Assembly: GCA_965112735.1 (NCBI GenBank)
Contig: OZ218955.1
Coordinates: 3,100,001 to 3,164,000, forward strand
Length of the DNA: 64,000 bases
Source of the DNA: Phaeosaccion multiseriatum
Lineage: Eukaryota > Protista > Ochrophyta, other classes
Direction: 5' to 3'
Within the stretch, counting starts at the first letter, position 1; every line of letters begins with the position of its first letter. Positions 1 through 25,184 of the stretch are shown here, in pieces. The notes under the pieces are model-generated. The model had not been told where the DNA came from, ran no database searches, and worked only from the letters and a program-made list of their open reading frames with translations. The position numbers and the translations under genes are program-made.

Positions 1-85
1 AGTTGAACCCCCCCTGTTGGTGTTCCGCTGTGAGGACTCACAGCTGTCGTGGTTTTGGCTAAAAAAATTGCCTACTCTTCTGTGA

Positions 86-191
86 TGCTTCTGGCCGGCC
101 CAGCCGGCCTGCTTCCTGCTTCTGGGCTGACCTCTCTCAGAAGCATGTCAGGGGCCGACCTGTAATCAGATAATCTTGTCCAGGGTCGACT
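86..191. mobile_element. TIR/MITE-like end with subterminal repeats
   Basis: Ends in CTTGTCCAGGGTCGACT (175-191), the exact reverse complement of AGTCGACCCTGGACAAG at 1123-1139. A near-identical end occurs at 26101-26116. Confidence 0.5.
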
Positions 192-732
192 CCCTCCCTC
201 CCTCCCTCCCTCCCTCCCTCCCTCCCTCCCTCCCTCCCTCCCTCCCTCCCTCCCTCCCTCCCTCCCTCCCTCCCTCCCTCCCTCCCTCCCTCCCTCCCTC
301 CCTCCCTCCCTCCCTCCCTCCCTCCCTCCCTCCCTCCCTCCCTCCCTCCCTCCCTCCCTCCCTCCCTCCCTCCCTCCCTCCCTCCCTCCCTCCCTCCCTC
401 CCTCCCTCCCTCCCTCCCTCCCTCCCTCCCTCCCTCCCTCCCTCCCTCCCTCCCTCCCTCCCTCCCTCCCTCCCTCCCTCCCTCCCTCCCTCCTCCCTCC
501 CTCCCTCCTCCCTCCCTCCCTCCCTCCCTCCCTCCCTCCTTCCTTCCGTCCTTCCCTCCCTCCCTCCTTCCTTCCGTCCCTCCCATCTTCCTTCCTCCCT
601 CCCTCCCTCCCTCCCTCCCTCCCTCCCTCCCTCCCTCCCTCCCTCCCTCCCTCCCTCCCTCCCTCCCTCCCTCCCTCCCTCCCTCCCTCCCTCCCTCCCT
701 CCCTCCCTCCCTCCCTCCCTCCCTCCCTCCCT
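191..732. repeat. (CCCT)n microsatellite, ~540 bp
   Basis: Directly visible, with a short degenerate centre. Confidence 0.98.
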
Positions 733-806
733 TGCTTCCTGCTTCTGGCTGGCGCCAGAGGGCCTGCTTCCTGCTTCTGGCCGGCCAGAACCTTGTCAGG
801 GGCCGA
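733..806. mobile_element. Related TIR-like end (CTGCTTC doublets, GGCTGGCGCC core, CCTTGTCAGGGGCCGA)
   Basis: Shares CTGCTTCCTGCTTCTGG and TGTCAGGGGCCGA with 100-160. Confidence 0.4.
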
Positions 807-1122
807 ACAGGGTACTCTAGAGCCACGAAGGAACGAAGCCACCCGGCTGGTGAATACGTGATGATGCTGGGAGGTTGATCCGCAGGGTCAAGTCGGTGCT
901 TGCCTAGTCCTTGCAATTCGATCCTCCTACTGGGCGCGCAGAAGGTTTCTGGGTCGGCATACTTTTTCCTCTCTTCTCTTCATCGGGCAAGACTCAACTT
1001 TTAGAATAACAAACTCACCTCTTCCTCTGTGACTCGTGCGTGAAAGGTACGTCACATTTAATATTATCTAGAACATATTGTGATGGAAGGAGGCTATTCT
1101 TACATGTGGTGTCGTTTGATAT

Positions 1123-1248
1123 AGTCGACCCTGGACAAGGTTACAGTGGGCGCCAGCCATAATCAGTAATCAGGCCCGGCTGGCCAGAATCAGTAATCAG
1201 GCCGGCTGGCGCCGACCGTAATCAGGAACCACATAGCCTTGTCCAGGG
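1123..1248. mobile_element. ~125-bp MITE-like element
   Basis: Inverted ends CCCTGGACAAGG ... CCTTGTCCAGGG; internal TAATCAG doublets alternate with GGCGCC cores. Confidence 0.55.
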
Positions 1249-1509
1249 AATTGGAGCTGAAGAGTCATGCGCTGAAGGAGAACCGGGAGACGAGAAAAAG
1301 CCTTGGTGAATAACCGAGTAAATTGCTTACGGAGGAAAGATCTCCTGCTAGGAAAGAACTATCGCACGTGAAGAGGTCAACAGGTGTGCGTTAGCTCTAC
1401 AGTCAATTTAAAAAATCTTCTGTAACTGTACAGGAATGTCCAAACAATAGTAAAGAACAGTTAGAAGAAAAGACGAAAACTCCATAGATTTCACACACAC
1501 CCCAAATCA

Positions 1510-1985
1510 TGGGCACCGTCGCCATGGAGTATGTGGAGACGGCTAACGAGCAGGCGGCAGACATCCTTACCAAGAACCTGGCGACGCTCGAAGAACGCAG
1601 TAACGCCGCCAGGTTCTTGCTTGGTCAAGATGTCTACTACCGCCTGGTTAGCCGCCTCCACATACTCCATGGCGACGGTGCCCAACTTGATCTGGTGGCG
1701 GATGTGATGGTAGCGCACATCGATGTGCTTGGTCCTCCTCGGCGCGAGCTCGTTCTCCGCCAGGTTGATGGCCGCCTTGTTGTCCTGAAGAAGAAAGGTA
1801 GCGAAGAGCTGCTCACACTCCAAGTCCCGCAGCGTATAACGCATGCTGAGAATCTCTTTGGTGGCGCTGCTTAAGGCTGGTGAGAAGTCCGTCCTCGTCC
1901 TGCCAGGAATCAGCGCCGAGGAGGACGGTCTTCTCACCAGCCTTGAGCAGCGCCACCAAAGAGATTCTCAGCATGCGTTATACGC
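1510..1985 (-). mobile_element. Ty1/Copia RNase H remnant with inverted duplications at both ends
   Basis: ALSSATKEILSMR...QDNKAAINLAENE...RTKHIDVRYHHIR...VAMEYV...DILTK matches the Copia RNase H motifs (DNxxAI, KHIDxRYH, ADILTK). Confidence 0.9.
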
Positions 1986-2426
1986 CTCGCGACCACTCCG
2001 TCTCTTGGCATCACTTACTCATCTGCCCCCTTCTCTCCCTACGACTCTGCTCGATCCTCTCTTCTGTCACACACACTATGATATCGTTCTTCCGCTCTGA
2101 GTTCTTGCTTGTCTTACCCGCCCTCTATTTTGTTGCCAGTCCCTGAAAACTGGGGCCGCACTGCTATGGGCCGCACTTCCTCTTTGTCTCTTCCATCTCT
2201 CTACCTCCACAAAGGTGCCACACATCCCTCTTGTGTAGTGTATGTATTCGAACAAGAGCGAGGCACCACACACCCTGCCTCTTGCCTAGTGTACAAGTGT
2301 ATGCGTGACGCGGCTCGAGTCGCCCCGAGCGGCGCGTCCCTCGCTCACTCGCCCTTTCTCCTAGCAGGCTACTGGCTGCTGCTACTGTATCACCAAATGC
2401 CGCTCCTACTGCTGCTGCTGTTACTG

Positions 2427-3794
2427 CTATTCTCCCTCTACTGCAAATTTGTCCATTTCATCGTCCGTTTCCTTTCGTTCGCCTCGCTGCTGTATCACCA
2501 ACTGCTGCTGCCGCACATTGAGCTCTACTTGGGCCGACTCAACGTTGTGCCCTCCCTCCAAGTCATGGGAAGTATGCTTCGAGGTGAACGTCTCGGCGCC
2601 CCCAACGGAGGTGGAGGAGTGGACGTTGGGCCCCTTGCTTACAACACCTTGGGCGCCCCCTCCACTCCCGCTGTGGTACTGCGGCTGTCTGGCTGTGGGG
2701 GTCGAGTTGTTAATCCTGAGCTTGTCCGTGAAGTGTGAGAAGTTAGTGTTGGTGAGCTGCAGGAAGTTGGTGCGTAAGTCCACAGCCACGCTCAGCACGG
2801 CAGTGATGGTCAGGTTGAGGGTGAGGATTACAATCACAAACTCGAAGGAGGGGGAGGAGCTCTTCCAAAAGACGGCGCCCTCCAGCCAGGTGCTGTCCTT
2901 GTCGCAGTAGTAGGAGGCGGCGTACATGCCGGTGTAGTGCATGGAACAGGCTGAGGAGGAGGAGGAGGAGGAGGAGGAGGAGGAGGAGGAGGAGGAGGAG
3001 GAGGAGGAGGAGGAGGAGGTGGTGGTGGTGGAGGAGGAGGAGGAGGAGGTGGGGGTGGAGGAGGAAAGGGGGAGTCAGTCATGCGGGCAGAGTGAGGGTC
3101 AGGGCTAGCGGCAAGGTCAAGGTCAGGGTGAGGGTAAGGGTAAGGGTAAGGGTAAGGGTCAGGGTCAGCCAGGGCCACCCAAGCAAGAGCAGCCACCCGC
3201 CCCACCAAGCCTTTGACCCTTCCCCTCCACACACACACACACGCACGCACGCACGCACGTACCTGCGAGTCCGATGACGGCCGCCGCCCCGACTCTGAGC
3301 AGCTCCAGCGTGGGCTTCCACACGAGCAGCCTGAACATGATCCACACGCCAGCTAGAGATACCACCAGCGCAAGGATTATGGAGACGGTGAGGATACCGT
3401 AGTTCCACTCCTGGCGAAACTGGCCGTGCAGGGAGGCTTTGCCTGTGTGTGTGCGTGTGCGTGTGTGTGGTGTGTGTGCGTGCGTGTGAGACAGGCCTCA
3501 CATGCCAAGCACACGGTCAGCGACTGATGTCTCTTGACTACTGTCTCTCTGTCTCTTGGCTCGATTTCCTCGCTCCTCCCCACTAACCTGTGAAATGCAT
3601 GGCCAACACACCAGTTGCCATCAAAACCGCTGCCAGGAAGATGCGCTTCAGCTCTCCGAAATAGGCCAAGTGCTTTGTGACGGAGGCATGTGGGGGGGGG
3701 GGAGGGAGGAAGGTCAGGGCTTGGTTGGAGGCGTACAGGGGACGGGGGAAGGCGGGCCCGACTCTGATGGAGCTCTCGCCCTCTAGCTCTCTGG

Positions 3795-3831
<37 letters not shown>

Positions 3832-5095
3832 GCGAGACATTGCATCGCACAGAGAGCAGGGCCTACGTCACTTACAATTGCATTCCTCCTTGAGCGAAGC
3901 GCCTTCATATCGTGCTTATATGCAGACACCATGAGGGTCTAAGGGTAGAGGGAAGGAAAGGGGATAGGGAGAGAAAGAGAGAGGTAGATAGTGGGTGAGG
4001 ATACCGTAGTTCCACTCCTGGAGAAAAAAGGGTAAGAGAGACACGGACAAGCAGAGAGGAAGGAACGGGAGAGGGGACGGAAATAGAGAAGAGGGAGAGA
4101 GATCATCCGCAACGCAGCACAAAGCGGCACGAAAGGGATGGACGGACATGCACGAGAAGCGCACAGGAGCTCCGAGGGGGGGGGGGGCAGAGGGCATCCA
4201 TCTATCCATCGCCTCACTCACTCACTCACTCACTCACTTTGAGTCGCTCAGCTCGATCGGAGGCAAAGTAGAGGTCATTGCTGGCTTGCCAGAAGCCGAG
4301 GCGGACCAGCGTGCAGCTGAGCACGAGGCTCAGGAGAGTGAGGAAGAGTTCGTAGTCCGTTTCCAGCTCCTCGCCTGTGCTGGGAGATTCGAGATGCCGT
4401 GCACCCATGCCCACTGGTCAGAGCATTGGACGGTGCAGTACAGCAGCATGGCAGACACAAAGAGAGGGGAGAGAGGTAAGAGGAGGAGGGAGGGAGTGAC
4501 GGACGACGGACACGCAGACATAGAGCTGAGGCCGGGGGGGGGGGGGGGGGGAGGCGCGGATAGATATGGGCTGGCTCCCATCCCTCGTCACCTCACACCC
4601 ACCACATCAGCTCCCGCTCTCTGCTCTCTCTCACTTACGGAAGTGCATGCCCCATATGCCTATCCCGAGAGACAGGGAGGCGAAGAGATAAGGCATGTGG
4701 AAGATGCCAGTGCCAGGCCTGAAACCAGCGCACAGGCGCAAGTGATCCAGGACCACCACCGCGCCGAAGGATCCATTTACGACCTACAGGCGTGGAATGG
4801 GAGCAGAGCAGAGGGTGTCAATAAGCGGGGGTGGTGAGGTATGAGGCATCTGCAAAAAAAGTGAAGAGGATATCTGAAGAGGGAAGGGGGCTGGGGGTAA
4901 GAGGAACGACTGGGAGAGAGACGAGCACTTTGACGGAACAATGGGGAGGAAAGGCGAAAGGCGGAAGATGGGAGGTGTGCCCGGTGAAGGAAGGAAGAAG
5001 GCGCCATCACTCACCACAATGTACGATAAGATGACTTGCCAAGGGCTGTAGCGAGGGTCGAGAAGCTCCCCATCAGTGCACACCGAAGGAATCAT
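2427..5095 (-). CDS. MHYT-domain integral membrane protein (multi-exon)
   Basis: Three MHYT-type motifs on separate exons: GIGIWGMHF (~4640-4670), GVLAMHFTG (~3590-3620), MHYTGM (2925-2942). Hydrophobic YxxxLTLLSL segments, GT-AG introns, ATG at 5095, stop at 2427. Confidence 0.85.
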
Positions 5096-5898
5096 ATCTC
5101 CGAGGTAGCTAATCAAAGGCACTGGAGAGGATATTGCCGGGCCGAGCGACGTCTGCGATGTAGCCGCTCCCAACTGACCCACTCCCAACTGCACGTACTC
5201 GTTGTCTTCTCGTATACCAATACAGTCGTACGGTTGGATAACCCGTGAGGAGGCTTTCAGGTTTTGGGTGGAATTCTTTTGGCGGGCGGTCCCGGAACAT
5301 CGGGACAATGACGTGTTGCAGCCGTTGGTGCTCCGCCCTTCCTTTTCTCCTCTTGTATAGCCGTTGACTGGCCTCGTGAGAGAAATCGGCGCCAGCTTTA
5401 GCCTAGCATCCGAGTCAAGGGCAGTGACGACCCTTCCCGGACCAGCTCTGTAGAGGTGGTGTGCACAAGACTTGGCACCCGAGACAGTGCCACGTTTCGT
5501 CCTCCTTCTCTTGCCCACTACTGTACTAGTACTGTCTCCTTCGTCGCATTGCCTGGTCTTCATCGACTGGTACGTTCAGATCCATTAACCCAGGGGGCGA
5601 TAGCAAACACCCCCCCCCCCCCCCTTCTGCCTCTGTTTGCTTCGACGGGTCTACCAGAGACTTTTCCCTTCCCTTCTGCTACATCCACAGTACACGTTCG
5701 TCTCTCCTGCATGCAGGTAGATGCTTCCCATCATCGGGCTCCCCCGTTCCTTCCCCACACCGCCAAGCCACGTGTGCATATAGAGCAGGGAGCAAGACAG
5801 GAGGGCATCCGCCGGAGAGCTTATTAAGGCGGGCATCCGCCGCGCCCGAGAGCTTATTTATTGACTTAATAGGAGACACTCGAGCTGGCGGTGAGGTT

Positions 5899-7758
5899 TC
5901 ATCTGAGATAGTCCACCCTGAGCCCCTCGGGTAGGTCTGCAGGCAGCGGGCAGCTCCTCCCAACCCTGAGATATGTGAGACCGGCAGGCAGGTCCCTCAA
6001 CGGACGGGTGTAGCTCCTTCTGAGCGTCAGGCTCCGGAGAGACGCAGGCAGCTCCAGGGGGAGGTTAAAGCCATTCTCCATCACCACCTCCTCCACACCA
6101 CAAGGTAGAGTCACTTGCTGATCGAAGTGTGAGTTCGACGCAAATGTGAGCTTCTTCAGCGAGGAGGGGAGGACGATGGATCGGTTATAGTAACCCCCGA
6201 AACGCACCTCCTCCAGCGAGCTCGGCAAGATGAGACCAGGCTGATTGAACTGCGAGCCCTTGGCAAACGTGAGCGTCTTGAGCGAGGAAGGAAGAACGAC
6301 GGGTCTGTTAAAGAGAGCCCCCACAAAAACCTCCTCCAGCGAGTTGGGCAGGAACAAACCAGCTTGATTGAATTGCGATTGCCTGCAAAACGCGAGCTTT
6401 CTCAGCGAGGAAGGGAAAGCAACGCGTCTGTTAAAGTCCCCTCCGAATGTTACCTCCTCCAGCGCGCTCGGCAGGACCACATCGGCCTGATTGAACCGCG
6501 AGTCCTTCGCAAATGCGATTACCCTTAGCGAGTGAGGAAAATCGATGGGTTTGTCAAAGTCTCTCCCGAATGTAACCTCCTCCAGCGAGCTTGGCAGGAT
6601 CAAACCAGCCTGATTGAACAGCGATTGTCTACTAAAGGTGAGCTTCCTCAGCGAAGGAGGGAAAGCGATGGGCTTGTTAAAGTGCCTCGCGAAACTCACC
6701 TCCTCCAGCAAGGTCGGTAATACCACACCAGATTGATTGAACCGCGAGTCCTGGGCAAATGCGAGCTTCCTCAGCGAGGAAGGGAGAGCAATGCGTCTGT
6801 CAAAGTGCCCCCCGAATGTCACCTCCTCCAGCGAGTTCGGCAGGATCACATCAGGCTGGTTGAATCGTGAATCCCAATGAAAAGCGAGCTTCTTCAGCGA
6901 GGAAGGGAGGGCGAGGGGTCTGTTAAAGTCCCCCCCGAATGTCACCTCCTCAAGCGAGCTCGGCAGGACCAAACCAGGCTGATTGAACCGCGAGCACGGG
7001 GGGAAAGTGAGCTTCCTCAGCGAGGGAGGAAACACGATGGGCCTATTAAAGTCCGACCCGAAGGCCACCTCCTCCAGCAAGTTGGGCAGCACCACATCAG
7101 ACTGATTGAACCGCGAGTCCTGGGGGAAAGTAAGCTTCCTCAACGAAGGAGGAAACGCGATTGGCCCATTAAAGTCCGCCCCGAAGGCCACCTCCTCCAG
7201 CGAGTTCGGTAGAACCACATCAGACTGATTGAACGCCGTGCAGAAGAGCACATGCTTCACGGATGGTGGCAACACGGACAAAACTTTGGCAACGAGGGCG
7301 TGTTCTTTAGCAGTACCGCGAGAACTGGGGTAGTGATGTGAAAATAGCGTCTCTCGTTCCTTGCCCAAAAGCACGGTAGTGACGCGAAAATAGCGTCTCT
7401 CGCTCCTCTTTAGTCTAGTGTCATCGCGCTGTGAGCTCCCTTGCAGTTGGCGCTTAGCCCTTCCCTTTGCCCTCTTCCTCCTTCCCCGTCCATCCTCAAC
7501 TCCTTGCTCAGCAGAAGCAGCAAGCGTAGTCCTTGACGAATACGATGAAAATGCTGCAAGGTGTCTGTCCTCGCCTGCTTGCCGCTGTTGGTGCTCCAAC
7601 ATGCTGAGCATGCTTCGCTGGACATCATCAGGCATCTTGGTGTTGATGACGAGAGAGCGGCACGTGAGCTTGTCGATCTCCTTGCACACTCCCCACAGAT
7701 CAGTGTTCGTCGGGAAAAGCCTGGCCACTGTCTTCAGTGCCACGCAGGCATCGCTCAT
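5899..7758 (-). CDS. Intronless FNIP-repeat (LRR-like) protein, possibly with an N-terminal F-box-like segment
   Basis: About 10 copies of a 41-aa (123-bp) double unit FNQxxVxLPxSLEEVxFGxxFNxPxxFPxSLRKLxF; first ATG at 7758. Confidence 0.9.
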   Translation of the reverse strand: MSDACVALKTVARLFPTNTDLWGVCKEIDKLTCRSLVINTKMPDDVQRSMLSMLEHQQRQAGEDRHLAAFSSYSSRTTLAASAEQGVEDGRGRRKRAKGRAKRQLQGSSQRDDTRLKRSERRYFRVTTVLLGKERETLFSHHYPSSRGTAKEHALVAKVLSVLPPSVKHVLFCTAFNQSDVVLPNSLEEVAFGADFNGPIAFPPSLRKLTFPQDSRFNQSDVVLPNLLEEVAFGSDFNRPIVFPPSLRKLTFPPCSRFNQPGLVLPSSLEEVTFGGDFNRPLALPSSLKKLAFHWDSRFNQPDVILPNSLEEVTFGGHFDRRIALPSSLRKLAFAQDSRFNQSGVVLPTLLEEVSFARHFNKPIAFPPSLRKLTFSRQSLFNQAGLILPSSLEEVTFGRDFDKPIDFPHSLRVIAFAKDSRFNQADVVLPSALEEVTFGGDFNRRVAFPSSLRKLAFCRQSQFNQAGLFLPNSLEEVFVGALFNRPVVLPSSLKTLTFAKGSQFNQPGLILPSSLEEVRFGGYYNRSIVLPSSLKKLTFASNSHFDQQVTLPCGVEEVVMENGFNLPLELPASLRSLTLRRSYTRPLRDLPAGLTYLRVGRSCPLPADLPEGLRVDYLR

Positions 7759-7901
7759 GACTCTCAAAGGCCTTGCTAGGGAGGAAGGGGAGGAAAATGA
7801 GGAGCCGGAGGAGGAGGAAGGCGGCGTGGCACTGTATCACCAACTTGTACATATATTTTGTGGCAATTTATCATTTTTTTTTTTTTTTTTTTTTTTTTTT
7901 T

Positions 7902-9712
7902 GGATAACCATGTCCTTGTCGTGTGGGACTTCGATTGGTCTCTGGTCAATGAAAACACTGATACCTTCGTCGTGGAACAGCTGGCCCCGGAGCTGGAGGG
8001 GAATTGGAGGAAACACAGGGAGGAAGGCTTGGGGTGGACGGCCAGTGTAGCGGCCCAGCTCCGGAGCATGCACGCCAGGGGCATCGGTAGAGGTGCCATT
8101 GAGGCGTGTCTCAGGGAAATTCCCATTCAAGGTTAGAAGGAAGAGGGGGGGGGCTAGAGTTTGAGCCAGTGTGGAGAGGGCTGCCCACCATCCAACCACC
8201 CCTGTTGTAATATACATACACCCCTGTTGTTGCAACCTCCTCCCTTCAGACGGAATGCTGGAAGCGATGAGGCTGATGAGCAGCACTAGTAGCACTAGCA
8301 GTAGCAGTAGTAGCAGCAGCAGCAGCAGCAGCAGCACTTGCAGGCAGTGCATTATCAGCGACAGCAACACCGTCTTCATCGACACCATCGTCGCCCACCA
8401 CGACCTACACGGCCTGGTGAGCGAAGCCGGGGTCTACACGAACTCTGCGAACTTTGTAAGGCCAGAGCATCAAGAGCAACAGTACCACATAGAAAAGCGA
8501 GAAGAGACAGGAGAGCGAGGAGGAGGAGGAGGAGGAGGAGGAGGAGGAGGAGGAGGAGGAGGAGGAGGAGGAGGAGAAGAAGGAGAAGAACAAGAAGGGT
8601 GTGGAATCGAAAGGAATCTTGAAGAGGGGGATGATGCGGAGGTGGTGGTGGTGATGGAGGGGGAGGAGAAGAAGAAGGAAGAGGAGCCTGAGCTACTTCT
8701 TGTTCGCCCTTTCCACAGCCCTTCGGCCCAGCCCCACGCGTGTGCGCTGTGCCCCACCAACATGTGCAAAGGACTTATCCTCCGGACCCTGTTGGAGAAG
8801 CTCCGTCCTACTGTGAGCAGGGTCGTCTATGGTGAGTAAGTCAGGGAGTCATTCAGCAGAAGAGGCTTGGAGGAGGAGGAGGAGGAGGAGGAGGAGGAGG
8901 AGGAGGAAGAGGAGGAGGAGAAGGAGGAGGAGGAGGAGGAGGAAGAGGAGGAGGAGGAGGAGGAGGAGGAGGAAGAGGACGAAGAGGAGGGGGCTGTGTG
9001 AATGTGTGTGTGTGTGTGTGTGTTGGCTCGTTGGGTGCCCTGCCGGAGCCCTCACCACACCCTCATCCTCTCCCTCCTGCTGCTCGTCCTCCTTCTCCCC
9101 CTCCTCCTCCTCCTCCTCCTCCTCCTCCTCCTCCTCACTCCTCCTCCTCCTCCTCCTCCTCCTCCTCCTCCTCCTCCTCCTCCGCCTCCTCCTCCTCCTC
9201 CTCCTCCTCCTCCTCGTCCGCCTCCTCCTCCTCCTCCTCCTCCGCCTCCTCCTCCTCCTCCTCCTCCTCCTCCTCCTCCTCCTCCTCCTCCTCCTCCTCC
9301 TCCTCCTCCTCCTCCTCCTCCTCCTCCGCCTCCTCCTCCTCCTCCTCCTCCTCCTCCTCCTCCTCCTCCTCCTCCACCCACCTCCTTCTCATGATCATCA
9401 GTCGGAGATGGAGGGGGTGACTTCTGCCCCATTCAGACCGTACTAAGAGGCGTTGACGTGGCCCTGGTCCGCCACTCAGAGACCAAGAGCTACGGTTGCT
9501 ACAAGAGAATAGAGAAGGCCAGAGCAACAGCTGGCAGAGCCGCCGCAGCAGTTGGTGATGCAGTTGGTGATACAGGTCTGGCAGAGGACGAGGAAGAAGG
9601 TGCGGCAAGGTTGGGGAACGCAGGGGGGCCCAAGTGCGAGATTGTTCTGTGGGACACAGGGCATGAGGTGCTAGAGACGTTTCAGAAACTCGCAATGAGA
9701 TGGGGGCTGTAA
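7902..9712 (+). CDS. PHOSPHO1/PHOSPHO2-like HAD phosphatase (3 visible exons; start codon unresolved)
   Basis: Motifs VVWDFDWSLVNENTD (~7915-7960), IISDSNTVFI, HACALCPTNMCKG, and VVY|GDGGGDFCP split by the intron at ~8833-9401; stop at 9712. Confidence 0.88.
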
Positions 9713-9730
9713 AGAAAGGAACGACACTGT

Positions 9731-10287
9731 TTACTGAGGCTTGAGGAGGAGAGGTCCAGTGATTGGTGATGCAGTAGCAGCGGTTGTTGCTACGGCAGCT
9801 GGTGATACGGCAGCTGGTGAGACATCGGCTGCTAGAGATGCAGCAGCAGTTGGTGATACAGCAGGAGCGATGATTCCATCCTTCCGATCGAGTCCGAGCC
9901 AAGTACCACGCCCGACGCCTGACGCCTGACACCCGGTATCGATCTGCACAATACCGCCTTCACTGGCTCGCCGAAAGTGGGTACCCGAGTGGGTACCCGA
10001 GTGGGTACCGGAGTGGTGTCAGGAGCGATCCGAGCGTCAGAATGAACTGCTGCTCCGACTTCGTCATCATACGCGGCTCTGCAAACACGGCACACGTCAT
10101 TTGTAGAGCCTCTGCCTTGGATGTCTTGGGGGGACGCAAGCACTCGCCAGGTGGAGGAGGACCCTCGGAAATGAGTTTGTAAGCAGTGGGCCGGTACCGC
10201 TCTTACATAGCTTGTTACTCTCCCGTGTATGTACACTTCGTTGGAGTGAGTGGGAAGGAAGGAGAGGTCAGACAGAGACCGGACCAT
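9731..10287 (-). other. Unassigned ORF or possible frameshifted pseudogene
   Basis: 151-aa ORF with ATG, apparently continued in another frame after the GACGCCT duplication at ~9914-9930; no family recognised. Confidence 0.2.
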
Positions 10288-10820
10288 GCGACAGGAGATC
10301 GGTAGGGACGGCAGCAGACGGCTGGGCCTTACGTAAGAAGCTCACCAAAAATCCATGGAACGAATGGGAGCAGAGGATGCACCATTAGTTTAGACCCCCT
10401 CCATGGAAACCAACCAACCACTTTGCTCCACTCCATTCGGTGGAGGGGGGGGGGAGACCTCGGCGACCATCACTGCGCGATATACGGACGGCAGCAGACG
10501 GCTGGGCCTTACGTAAGTAGCAGACTGCTGGGCCTTACGTAAGTAGCTTACGAGTCCGTGGAACCAACGGGAGCTAAGGATGCACCACGAATTCGTTTAA
10601 CGAAATCGCTCGAATCCATTCCTTGGAAGTCTCTCTGCCGCCATGACTGCACACGATTTACGCCATTGCACCCCAACCAGGGTACCCACTGTTGCGCCCA
10701 AAAACAGGGTACCCAAACAGCTCCAGCTCGCAGAGAGAGACACTGCCCCCACATACGCACAAATTACAAAGGGCAGGGGCTCTTTGAAACCGCCCCCCCC
10801 AACGCGACACTTCCCTGGCA

Positions 10821-25184
<14,364 letters not shown>

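Noticed and set aside
72-916. Long ORFs of GGRE/PPSL repeats
   Set aside because: They are translations of the (CCCT)n microsatellite
4784-5563. 259-aa ORF as an independent gene
   Set aside because: Only its central part is the first MHYT exon; the rest is upstream or intronic read-through
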